Shown: positions 52,668 to 61,373 of the stretch, piece after piece | How positions within the stretch are numbered: position 1 is the stretch's first letter | Layout of the letters: each line of letters opens with the position of its first letter | IMG/VR virus record: IMGVR_UViG_2541047086_000003 | Location: 1-64,000 of that record | Length of the DNA stretch: 64,000 nt | Direction: 5' to 3' (one strand) | From: an uncultured virus (IMG/VR IMGVR_UViG_2541047086_000003) | Lineage: Duplodnaviria; Heunggongvirae; Uroviricota; Caudoviricetes | The notes under the pieces: generated by a model | What the model was told of the DNA's origin: nothing | What the model saw: only the letters and a program-made list of their open reading frames with translations | Databases searched by the model: none | Made by a program: the position numbers and the translations under genes

Positions 52668-53006
52668 TTACACCTCCTGGCCACTCCACGCTTCAAATTT
52701 CTCTATAGCAGCCTTTTGTTTATTTTCATGATTAATTTGCTCCTGAACGGAATTTTCGTATGTAATGACTTCATTGATTGCCATCTCTATGTAATTGTAA
52801 TCCCACTTTGCCTCGAAATAACTAGGTGCTGACCCCCCTTCTGCTGTGAGACACTTAAACTTTTCTTTCCCGAATAAACCGCGTACCTTTTTATATAAAG
52901 AGACCCTGACAAAGCCTTTTGAGTATCTATCACTGTAAATACTTACGGCATACTCATTACCTTCAACCGAAGTCACGGGATATTTGTGTAAGTGAAATTC
53001 GCTCAT
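52668..53006 (-). CDS. yoqB: YoqB-like protein
   Basis: 112 aa; synteny. Confidence 0.55.
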   Translation of the reverse strand: MSEFHLHKYPVTSVEGNEYAVSIYSDRYSKGFVRVSLYKKVRGLFGKEKFKCLTAEGGSAPSYFEAKWDYNYIEMAINEVITYENSVQEQINHENKQKAAIEKFEAWSGQEV

Positions 53007-54017
53007 TCCGCACCCTCCTTCACTATATAACCTTTTAAAATTGCCTGATTCAGATCATCAGCATACATACTATTCAGTGGTTCAAACAATCCAGTCCACG
53101 GTTCGACGTCACCATTATTGATGACAAATTGTTTCCCTACAAATTGAAGGCGCGCAAATTCTTTTTTGTCCCCATTTGTTAAGTCGTTCACTCTCTGAGG
53201 GTCATTATCAGCCATTCTTAAATAAAAATTCTTACCTTCCTCAATTGCTCGTGCCTGTGCTTTTGTGACTTCAACCTTATCGCTTGTTTTAATTGTGATT
53301 TTGTTCACTCCATAACCTCCTTAATAACCCGATTACTCCTTCTATCTGCAAAAATGTTTGTTTGGTATTCCTGTAACTGATTTTCAATAGTTTCCACAGA
53401 AGCTAAAGGGAAAGCAGTTTTTTCCCACAATATAAAATCACACTGCTTATCATTGGCATCGGGAAAGTAATTCCTCACTAAATCTATCCACGTCATTCTG
53501 AACCCTCCTTTGCTTTTATAAGATTTTTATCACTCCATTGAAAAATTTCTTTCAACTTGTTTACGGGGTTACTGAATACCATTCGATAACCGTTAATAAG
53601 AGTGAGGCGCGTTTGGCCACCAGGTTGCTCTTCAATAGCTACTATATCCTCATTGGTAAACTCGAGTTCAATTCCACCTCTAAATCCAACTTTGAATTTT
53701 TTAAATCCATTTTGCATCATTATTCCTCCCTCGTTTCAAAACTCAATAAAACTTACATTTTATTTTTATCCTTAATATATTCATGCTGATTCACAACATC
53801 ACGAAGTATGTATTGTATTTCCTCTAAATTGTCTTTAACAAAGTCCAGGTCTCCTATTGCCATTCTGATTTCATTATTCTCTATGCTGCGCAAAGATCTT
53901 TCGCATGATGCTAAGAGCTTTTCATATTTCCTTAAAACCATAGTTCTTATTTGATCGTTAATTTGTTCATTAATCAATAATTAAAGCTATCTCCTTTCCT
54001 TATTCTAATTCGATTAT

Positions 54018-54062
54018 ATAACCCCAACCAAATGTTGTAAACAATTATTTTATTTTTACTCT
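54018..54062 (-). promoter_or_regulatory. SigmaA-type early promoter with SPBRE-like repeat
   Basis: Minus strand: repeat, TTTACA, spacer, TATAAT. Confidence 0.7.
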
Positions 54063-54734
54063 TAAAAATTTCAAAAAAATCAGCTTTACTCATACTGTAA
54101 AGCTGCTGTCTTCATAAACGTCTTCATGCCGTCTAGTTTCCAAAGAGTTTCATTTATTTTGTCTCTAAATTCTAAAACTGAAGCATGATCCATTCTAATC
54201 CTCAAACAATCCCCATTGTTTTTAAAAATAATGTCTATGTAGTACTCTCCACTTTGGATGTTCTTAGAACCAACACTCATGGAAACTGATCTCATAATGT
54301 CTTTCAAGTCAATTTCAAGATTAAAATCCATTGTATGCTCCAGTCTGACTAAAAAGTCACCAATTTTTTATGTCTCATGATGACTGACAAGATGTGTATG
54401 TATTTTTACTTCGATGATAACAATTGTGAAGATTTATAATCCTCATTTTCAAACGAATCGTCTATTTCTTCGGCATAAGAGGTTGTTAATTCAGCATCCT
54501 CTGTACACATAATATCTACATCAAATAGTGCCTCATATTTTTCATGATCTTTTTGAAGAAACCCCATTTTTCCTGTTTTATTTCTCAATTTCTTTTTAAT
54601 TGATTGATATGCGAACAAAAGTGCTTCCTCTTCATTCTTGGCTTTTATTCTGCCGAAAAAAGGTATGCACAGCTCCCCTTGAATGAAATAATCCTTTTCT
54701 GACATACGTTTCCCTCTCTCTGGTAGTAATTAAC

Positions 54735-54793
54735 CGAACCTACGTTCCCTTTTTTGTTGACTTAATTATAACCTTTTACCTAGTTAGTGGCAA
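54735..54793 (-). promoter_or_regulatory. SigmaA promoter with downstream LexA (SOS) box
   Basis: TTGCCA-17 nt-TATAAT (54793-54765); CGAAC-CTAC-GTTCC at 54735-54748. Confidence 0.75.
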
Positions 54794-54870
54794 ATCTTTT
54801 TTCTTTCATTTAAAAACTTGGAAAGAATTGATATAGTATGATAAGCAATACTATATCAGGAGGTTGTCCG

Positions 54871-55092
54871 ATGCTTGAGGTTGAAATCGGACAATGTTTG
54901 ATATCCATTCTCCTTGAACGTAGAGGAATGTCCCTAGGGCAACTTTCGAACCTAACAGGCATCAGTAAGCAAAGGTTAAGTGATTACGCTAATGGCGTTA
55001 GACCTTCTATGAATATAAAAACAGCGAGAATCATTGCAATTGCCCTAAACTGTTCGATTGAAGACCTCTATGAATGGAAAATCAAACATTGA
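54871..55092 (+). CDS. yopS: XRE-family HTH regulator
   Basis: LGQLSNLTGISKQRLSDY HTH; GGAGG RBS. Confidence 0.85.
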   Translation: MLEVEIGQCLISILLERRGMSLGQLSNLTGISKQRLSDYANGVRPSMNIKTARIIAIALNCSIEDLYEWKIKH

Positions 55093-55293
55093 CTTAATCG
55101 CTAGGGAGTTTGACCTAGCGAACCTCCTTGTACCCTTTTTAGTGTATAGAACTATTTTACTGCATATGTACAAATTTGTCTCTGTCTAACTTTGTCGAAT
55201 TCTGAAAAATATGAACAAAATCCTGATATTTTTTTAAAAATATCACGAGTTAATTCACATTGTTTTTATTTTTACTCTAAAAGTTATGTAAAG

Positions 55294-55316
55294 TTAATCC
55301 CTGTAACAGGGATTAA
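55294..55316 (-). terminator. Hairpin at the end of yopR
   Basis: ttaatccctg-taa-cagggattaa perfect inverted repeat. Confidence 0.6.
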
Positions 55317-56296
55317 GAATTAGTCTCAATTACTTCAGACTTGATACAATATTTTTCTAAGTTCTCCATATTCACTACTTTCCTCAGTGATTGTGAATTA
55401 AACTCCGCGTCTTCATTCAGGAATCCATATTGTCGAGTTATTTTCTTATAATCAGGTACTTTTAATTCACCCTTCTCTTTGTATATCTCATACGCCATGT
55501 TGAGCTTTCCTGAGTTGATAAGATTCTTAGGTGAAAAGAAGGGTTCTTCTAAAAATTTTTGAAACTGACTAAAAGAACGGTGAATTAAAAATTTGTCAGC
55601 TTTCATACTCTGATTAGAACTCTTATATTTTAACCTAAAAATATTTTCGCTTTTAACTAATGTAGCAAATTTGTTTTTAAGTCCACTCTCTGGCGAACCA
55701 TTGCTAAGATGATATGTTGTTTGATCATTAGCGCGCTTAAGCAACTCATAACATTTGTCGCTTACAGTAATTATTCTTACACCGTGTTTATCATCTACAA
55801 GCTTTACCTTGTTATCATCAAGTAAATCGTCACCTGTTAAATTCAGTAACTCTGAATGCTGATAACCATCTATGCCTTCATAAATAGCCTGTATCATCGC
55901 TTTATCCTGATCATTAACCATAAAATCAACATATTCTTCTACTTCTTTATTGGTGAATAGTGTTTTTTTGTTTTTATCTATAAACTGCTTTAAGTCCCCA
56001 TCCTGTATCTGATACACTTTGTTGATGTTACTGTTTGCCAAGCCATTTTCCATTGCCCAGGTTGTGTATTGTCCAATTACAGCTCTTGCTCCTCTTAGTG
56101 AATCTATAGATTTGCTATCTAAATCTAAAAATAACGTACGCAGCTCTTCCAAAGAAAAATTAAATATGTCTTTTTGAAGTATTTTTTCTGTAGCTGAGAA
56201 ATCCCTTAGCCTTAGCCAATAATGGTTTCTTGTTGCTTCACTTTCGTATTTCTCTAAAAACTTTTCCTTCAATTCAGCATTATACATTTCACTCAT
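55313..56296 (-). CDS. yopR: Master repressor with integrase-like fold, catalytically degenerate (MrpR/SroF)
   Basis: [12 protein letters not shown] start; lacks the R and HxxR catalytic residues; synteny. Confidence 0.85.
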   Translation of the reverse strand: MSEMYNAELKEKFLEKYESEATRNHYWLRLRDFSATEKILQKDIFNFSLEELRTLFLDLDSKSIDSLRGARAVIGQYTTWAMENGLANSNINKVYQIQDGDLKQFIDKNKKTLFTNKEVEEYVDFMVNDQDKAMIQAIYEGIDGYQHSELLNLTGDDLLDDNKVKLVDDKHGVRIITVSDKCYELLKRANDQTTYHLSNGSPESGLKNKFATLVKSENIFRLKYKSSNQSMKADKFLIHRSFSQFQKFLEEPFFSPKNLINSGKLNMAYEIYKEKGELKVPDYKKITRQYGFLNEDAEFNSQSLRKVVNMENLEKYCIKSEVIETNS

Positions 56297-56316
56297 ATTA
56301 AATTCTCCTTTAGGCT

Positions 56317-57666
56317 TTAAACAACAGCAATTTCATCATAAAATATTCGCTTAAGTTTCTTCTTCATAACATTCTTTAGTTGATTTTCATTATTTTGTCT
56401 TCCTAATTCTTCAAACACTCTTCCGCTTTTACTAAAGTCAATCGTATTAAGGATATTTTCAAGCTTGTTTAGTTCTACATTGTTTTCCTTCATCTTCTTG
56501 GCCAAATAAACATAACCGTAAAACATTACGTTATGATTAATGTATGATTGCTTTCTAATGGACGATAAATCATCTTCAAGAAATTCATCTGGGAAGGCAT
56601 AAAAAAGGTTATCGAAAAAGTCTACCAGGTATTTCGCAATTTTCAACGCATCTTTTCGAGATTTCAACTCAAATGCATCGTCTATAGCTTCTGATAAAGT
56701 ATAATATGTCACAAGAAAATTGCTATCGATACCAATTTCACTTTGTGGGCTTATTTTATTTTTAAGTTCACTTTTAAATTTCAGCTGCTCGACAACGGTT
56801 GAAGAATACCGTTTTTGTCCCAATTCTTCAATTCTGGATTTTTCAACTGGGTTTATGGTATTCATTTGAGCAAAGTGAACCTTAGCCTTTTCTTCATCGT
56901 AATTGAGCACATTTAAAATGAATGGTTGATCTAATTCAGGGACTTCAGCAATGGCCTTAACAATACCTGAAATTCGATGATATCCATCAAGAGCATCTAA
57001 TAAGGTTCCTCGTGTTACAGTGAGGGATTGGTCGCTTGGATCATATTCAACTTCTTCATCACCATCAGATGTTCCAAGACGAGCGTTAAAAGTTAACATT
57101 GATACAATTAAATCGCCTTTAATAAACAATTCTTTGATCTCATCAACTGATTTAGGGTTTGTTTTAGGTACAGGAATAAGGCTACCCTTAATGTACTTTC
57201 CTTCACGCTGAGTGTTGTAATTGTACTGCAGGATGGAGCTATTATATAACTCACTCAGTTCTTTGGCAGTAATGGAAGTGACATAGTTATCCTCTTTAAT
57301 TTTAATCACATTTTTAAACTTGTATGGAAGCTTAACTACTTCTTCACCGGCGAATACTCTCCCACCTTCAAGCTCTTTTGCCAATCTGGTTGGAAAATAA
57401 TTTGACGGATCTAAAGCTTGCGCCCCAAGAATTGAATACATCTCTTTTGAAACAATGTACACTTCTTTTTCGTTTAAACGTTGTACGTTGTTATCATTAT
57501 TATTTAAAATTTCTTGGATATAACCAGGGAGTGCCTTGTATTTGTCCGCCATTGTGGCTTTTAATTCCTTCACCATATTGGGATCATTTTTAATATCATT
57601 AAGATTTTCCTCTATTTCAGTTTTTAACTTATAAAGTTTATCCGTTGTCAACAAAACTTCAGACAC
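56317..57666 (-). CDS. yopQ: DGQHR/DndB/ParB-like protein (SroE)
   Basis: YNYNTQR and LDGYHR motifs; synteny. Confidence 0.85.
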   Translation of the reverse strand: MSEVLLTTDKLYKLKTEIEENLNDIKNDPNMVKELKATMADKYKALPGYIQEILNNNDNNVQRLNEKEVYIVSKEMYSILGAQALDPSNYFPTRLAKELEGGRVFAGEEVVKLPYKFKNVIKIKEDNYVTSITAKELSELYNSSILQYNYNTQREGKYIKGSLIPVPKTNPKSVDEIKELFIKGDLIVSMLTFNARLGTSDGDEEVEYDPSDQSLTVTRGTLLDALDGYHRISGIVKAIAEVPELDQPFILNVLNYDEEKAKVHFAQMNTINPVEKSRIEELGQKRYSSTVVEQLKFKSELKNKISPQSEIGIDSNFLVTYYTLSEAIDDAFELKSRKDALKIAKYLVDFFDNLFYAFPDEFLEDDLSSIRKQSYINHNVMFYGYVYLAKKMKENNVELNKLENILNTIDFSKSGRVFEELGRQNNENQLKNVMKKKLKRIFYDEIAVV

Positions 57667-57742
57667 ATTATCACCTCACATAATCATATTAAATTTATCA
57701 TTATTTTCATAAGCAAGTAAAGCTTTTATATGATTATTTGTA

Positions 57743-58801
57743 TCACTTGTTCAAAAACATTTTAAGTTTATTCTGTATATACATGTCTGATTTTAAAAAG
57801 AATTCTTTATATTGCTCTAAAGTAACATCTTCTAAAAAGGACATGTCTTCTTTTTGATCAACCAAAACCCCTGGATCTTGAGAATAATCCCTTTCATTGA
57901 CTAAATAATGGTCATTTAAAGTATTGATATTACTGTGGCCAGAGAACGCTGCCACTTTTTTAATATCACCATTAACGCTGTAAGAAAAGTTTGTTGCAGT
58001 ATTGCGTAAACTATGCGGAGTTATCTTTCTTTCTTTGGGAATGCCCATAACTCTACATACGCGATTCCACATATCCTGTATTGAATCAACTGTTAACTTA
58101 TGAAATAAAAGCTCATGTTCCCCATACTCTTGCTTTAACAGCAACAACTCTTCATAAAAAGCAGTGGAAATCCCAACTGGCCTAGCCTTTTTTTGCTTAG
58201 TTTTTTTAAAGGTGACGAGATAGCATTGGTGCTTTTCTGAATAAGTAATATCATCCCACCCAACTCTAAGCACCTCTGATTTACGCCCACCAGTACGTGC
58301 ACTAAACAAAATAAACATCTTTTTCATTAATCTGTTCTGACGCTCAGTAACATAAGCTGCCTCAGCAAACTCATCAGCTTCCGATATTCCTTCAAAAGAC
58401 CCTGCTGGGTTCTTTTCTGTTGGAAGAGGTCTAAAATTAAATACAGATGAATCACACTCATGTTCAGATTCAAGGTACTTAATCATACTTTTCAGTGCGG
58501 CAATCTTATTGTTAATTGTTGAATTGGAGTTACTTTTATTTTTAGCCAAATGGGTTCGATAATCATACAGGTCACTCTTCTTAATCGCCAGGTCACTCTC
58601 AGTTAAATATTCAATATCCTTGGCAGCATAGTGGTTGAAAAACTCTCTTATATGCCTCTCATACGTGGCTCTAGTATTAGACTTTTCAATTTCTCCAGTT
58701 TCTCGATCCCTGTTTCTTAAATCTAATTCATCAAACCACCTATTTATGTTGTTGTATATTGAATAATCCCTTAGTGTTGACGCTTTCTTTTGAGCTTCCA
58801 T
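57743..58801 (-). CDS. yopP: Tyrosine recombinase with intact catalytic residues (SroD)
   Basis: TGGRKSE, KTK, HSLR, SGHS, DHY motifs. Confidence 0.88.
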   Translation of the reverse strand: MEAQKKASTLRDYSIYNNINRWFDELDLRNRDRETGEIEKSNTRATYERHIREFFNHYAAKDIEYLTESDLAIKKSDLYDYRTHLAKNKSNSNSTINNKIAALKSMIKYLESEHECDSSVFNFRPLPTEKNPAGSFEGISEADEFAEAAYVTERQNRLMKKMFILFSARTGGRKSEVLRVGWDDITYSEKHQCYLVTFKKTKQKKARPVGISTAFYEELLLLKQEYGEHELLFHKLTVDSIQDMWNRVCRVMGIPKERKITPHSLRNTATNFSYSVNGDIKKVAAFSGHSNINTLNDHYLVNERDYSQDPGVLVDQKEDMSFLEDVTLEQYKEFFLKSDMYIQNKLKMFLNK

Positions 58802-58810
58802 AATGACACC

Positions 58811-59471
58811 TCATATCATTTTTTTCATTAAGTATTGATCAAATTCTTTCCACGCAACAATCCATTCAGTTTCACCTTGAATATTACTCAGCAGCATTAT
58901 ATTGGCGTTACAGATTTCCATTTGCTTTAACATGTCGTATTCTTTAAGAGCGTTAATTAAGATGCCCGTATTCATTTTATCACACCTAATTTATTTTTAT
59001 TCTATAATAAAATTCAGTTTAGGACATTTACCCTCTCATCCTTGCAGACGTTTATAATTGGCATCCCCGTCAGTTCCTCATACAACTCCTCTTCGAACCC
59101 AACCCATTCATCACTTGTCGCTTCTCTTCGTAAGAACTCATTATAAGCAACTGCTATCTCAGGCTGCTCTAGAAACTTCAAAACGATCATATGCTTTTTC
59201 CAAACTTTAGCCTTGTTTTCTTCTGTATAATATTTATTATTCATTTTATTTTTACTCCTTAAATGCATTTTATAGAATTCTTTTGTTCTTTAATGAGGTT
59301 GTATTCTTTATGATTTTTTCTCATTGTAGTTACATTATTAGGTGTAAACACATCTGGATCCTCTAGGTGGAGATTGACTCGTGTGAAGTTCTTTAGTTGT
59401 TTTATGTATTGATATTGTCTTAATGATGTAATCTTCAACTCTTCTTTTTGAGTGGCACTGGTAGTTTCCAT
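58811..59471 (-). CDS. Three small genes at the start of the sro-like operon (59471-59259, 59244-59014, 58975-58811)
   Basis: Short ORFs with RBS between aimX and yopP; upstream promoter TTGCAT...TATAAT with repeat at 59544. Confidence 0.7.
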
Positions 59472-59620
59472 TGTTTCATCTCCCAACAACGTTCATCTTG
59501 TAACTTCATTATATATGTTACCATAATAATATGCAATGATTTATTTTATTTTTATTCAAGACAAATAACACATCCCCTATGTATGTGTTAAAATGTCTGC
59601 TGATTTGTCTTTAATCTTCA

Positions 59621-59776
59621 TTAGGATACCTTTGCTTTATATTTTGATCTTACCATTTCTGCTTCATTTTCAAGATGATTATCTTCCTGGGAAATTTCTA
59701 AATTAATATCTCCCATTTCCATGTATCCCTTAGCCATATCCTCATAAGAAAGTACTTGTCCGAAATGCTTTTTCAT
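59621..59776 (-). CDS. aimX: AimX, 51-aa MazE-mimic type
   Basis: MKKHFGQVLSYEDMAKGYMEMGDINLEISQEDNHLENEAEMVRSKYKAKVS directly after aimP. Confidence 0.85.
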   Translation of the reverse strand: MKKHFGQVLSYEDMAKGYMEMGDINLEISQEDNHLENEAEMVRSKYKAKVS

Positions 59777-59788
59777 TTTAATTCCCCC

Positions 59789-59825
59789 ATGTTCTTGTTT
59801 TTTATATTATGAATTTCTGGAACAT
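59789..59825. promoter_or_regulatory. Putative AimR operator
   Basis: Perfect inverted repeat ATGTTC-N25-GAACAT between aimP and aimX. Confidence 0.8.
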
Positions 59826-59838
59826 TCTCTTAAAATTA

Positions 59839-59871
59839 GAAAAGACGCCTGATCCAGTGGATCAAACGTCT
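59839..59871 (-). terminator. Terminator between aimP and aimX
   Basis: agacgtttgatcca-c-tggatcaggcgtct hairpin followed by a T run. Confidence 0.75.
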
Positions 59872-59897
59872 AGCCAAGTTATGTATCATCTTTGAAG

Positions 59898-60038
59898 TTA
59901 AGCCCCGCGGCTTGGTGATGCAACTTTTACAGGCTGGTCTACATGGTCTACCGATGCTGTCTCAATTGATTGTTGTCCGGCAACAAATCCAACAGCCATT
60001 GCTAACAAGATTACTATTCCAAGAATAATATTTTTCAT
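59898..60038 (-). CDS. aimP: Arbitrium peptide precursor; mature peptide SPSRGA
   Basis: MKNIILGIVILLAMAVGFVAG...PVKVA-SPSRGA; signal peptide and RGA C-terminus. Confidence 0.93.
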   Translation of the reverse strand: MKNIILGIVILLAMAVGFVAGQQSIETASVDHVDQPVKVASPSRGA

Positions 60039-60059
60039 TTAATTCACCCCCCTTCAATT

Positions 60060-61208
60060 TTAGACCATGATTAATTCAAGTAATTTTTCGTCACAGCCCA
60101 TTTTCCTTAGCTCCGCTAATGGAAGATTGATAAATAATTTATCACCAGATTTTTTCAACTTTGCAGTGCTTTCATAAAAATAATTCTTATTTTGGTATAG
60201 AATCCCCTTAATGTAATCTAGAATCCCAGAATCATATTCGTATAATTTCATATTTTCAAGCTCATTTATTACTTTCTCTGCTTTATTAAATTCCTTATTA
60301 TTAGTATAGTAATATGCTACCTCAATCTTATCAGGGATATTATCAGTGTCGAAGTCAAGCCATTTATTATCCTTGTTCCATACGTTACTTAAAAAGCAAA
60401 GAGCTAATCGCAGCTTATATTTATGATGTTCATTATCACGCGCAAATTCCAATCCTTTAAGATACTGCTCTTTGGCTTTAGAGTAGCTTTCAAAAATTAA
60501 TGTGTTCCCATATGTTAAATGCCCAAATACTTTTAGGCGATTTATATTTGAATTTTGAATAACTTGTTCTGAATAATACCTAGATTTTTCAATTTCATTA
60601 TCATTCAAATAAATATTTGCATTTAATAATGAAATTCTATTCATATAGCAATCTTTCACAAAGCCTTCGGGTAAGTCGTTGAAATTGAGAAGTGACAATG
60701 TGCTTTTCATCAATCCAAACTCGCCTACCTTCAAATACTCATACATCAGCATAGCATTTGAGAAAAACAACATTTCATCTGTTTTGCACTTTCCGGTTGC
60801 TCTTATTGCATCAGTTAAACTTATCTTACTTTCGCTCAATCTTCTATGTATACTGTATGTATTGCCCCATTCTTGACTTGCTAGGTTTTTTGAACTAGAT
60901 AGCCTCGACACTATCTTGTCTGTTAACGTATCCCATTGATTAATATCTGAGTATTCAACAGATTGTCTGGCACATTTTTTGTTGGGATCCAGTGATAAGA
61001 AGTAATCACTTAGAAGCTGCTCCTCATTATCAGGAAACAAGCTTTTAACAATATTAATTAAACCGCCTAAGTTGTCCATTTCTTTCTCTGGGGTGTTGAT
61101 GAATTTGTAAAAGCCGTTAACCTTTTCGTACCCTGCTATTTTTGAGAGTTTCGCTGCGAGCTGGTTGTCTTTTTCACATTCATTCTTAATCATCTGCTTT
61201 AGATTCAT
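60060..61208 (-). CDS. aimR: Arbitrium receptor (RRNPP/TPR family)
   Basis: 382 aa; N-terminal HTH-like region, LDPNKKCARQSVEY; upstream of aimP. Confidence 0.93.
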   Translation of the reverse strand: MNLKQMIKNECEKDNQLAAKLSKIAGYEKVNGFYKFINTPEKEMDNLGGLINIVKSLFPDNEEQLLSDYFLSLDPNKKCARQSVEYSDINQWDTLTDKIVSRLSSSKNLASQEWGNTYSIHRRLSESKISLTDAIRATGKCKTDEMLFFSNAMLMYEYLKVGEFGLMKSTLSLLNFNDLPEGFVKDCYMNRISLLNANIYLNDNEIEKSRYYSEQVIQNSNINRLKVFGHLTYGNTLIFESYSKAKEQYLKGLEFARDNEHHKYKLRLALCFLSNVWNKDNKWLDFDTDNIPDKIEVAYYYTNNKEFNKAEKVINELENMKLYEYDSGILDYIKGILYQNKNYFYESTAKLKKSGDKLFINLPLAELRKMGCDEKLLELIMV

Positions 61209-61226
61209 TGGTTACTCCACCCCTTC

Positions 61227-61300
61227 CCAACTAATGTTCCCTTGTTTATAATATACATTAGAGTTGTCAGAATTACAAGTATTTATTTTATTTTTATTCT
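61227..61300 (-). promoter_or_regulatory. aimR promoter with SPBRE-like repeat and a degenerate SOS box
   Basis: Repeat 61286-61300; TTGTAA...TATATT; GGAAC-ATTA-GTTGG at 61240-61227. Confidence 0.55.
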
Positions 61301-61373
61301 AATTCTTTTTTGAAGGATCCGTATCTGTTTAAAATTCGTATTTTATTTAAAAGGGGAGCATCTCCCCCGGCTT

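Larger units (their letters stand above)
46981..54705 (-). other. Dense array of small accessory genes (yoq/yop variable region), many separated by junction motifs
   Basis: More than 20 ORFs of about 60-170 aa, each with its own RBS. Confidence 0.85.
2764..61300 (-). repeat. Dispersed 15-bp repeat AGA(A/G)TAAAAATAAAA (SPBRE-like), ~24 copies, all in one orientation
   Basis: Plus-strand TTTTATTTTTA(C/T)TCT at 2764, 7376, 7465, 16726, 21524, 21785, 27273, 39525, 39963, 44930, 47207, 50162, 54048, 55264, 61286; variants at 9936, 11412, 23693, 27615, 38562, 53758, 58989, 59244, 59544. Confidence 0.9.
2782..61345. repeat. Dispersed 16-bp quasi-palindrome T(A/G)AAA-N6-TTT(T/C)A at accessory-gene junctions, ~24 copies
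   Basis: Copies start at 2782, 4486, 4681, 5667, 10771, 17457, 18801, 19338, 20442, 21513, 23682, 40799, 43463, 43749, 47196, 48434, 48982, 50518, 50943, 51182, 51515, 52237, 53747, 61330 (three have one mismatch in the left arm). Confidence 0.85.

Noticed and set aside
55313..56296. YopR as the prophage integrase
   Set aside because: Catalytic R and HxxR residues are absent; it matches the known repressor.
2764..61345. CRISPR array
   Set aside because: The repeats are 15-16 bp, dispersed, separated by whole genes, and no cas genes are present.
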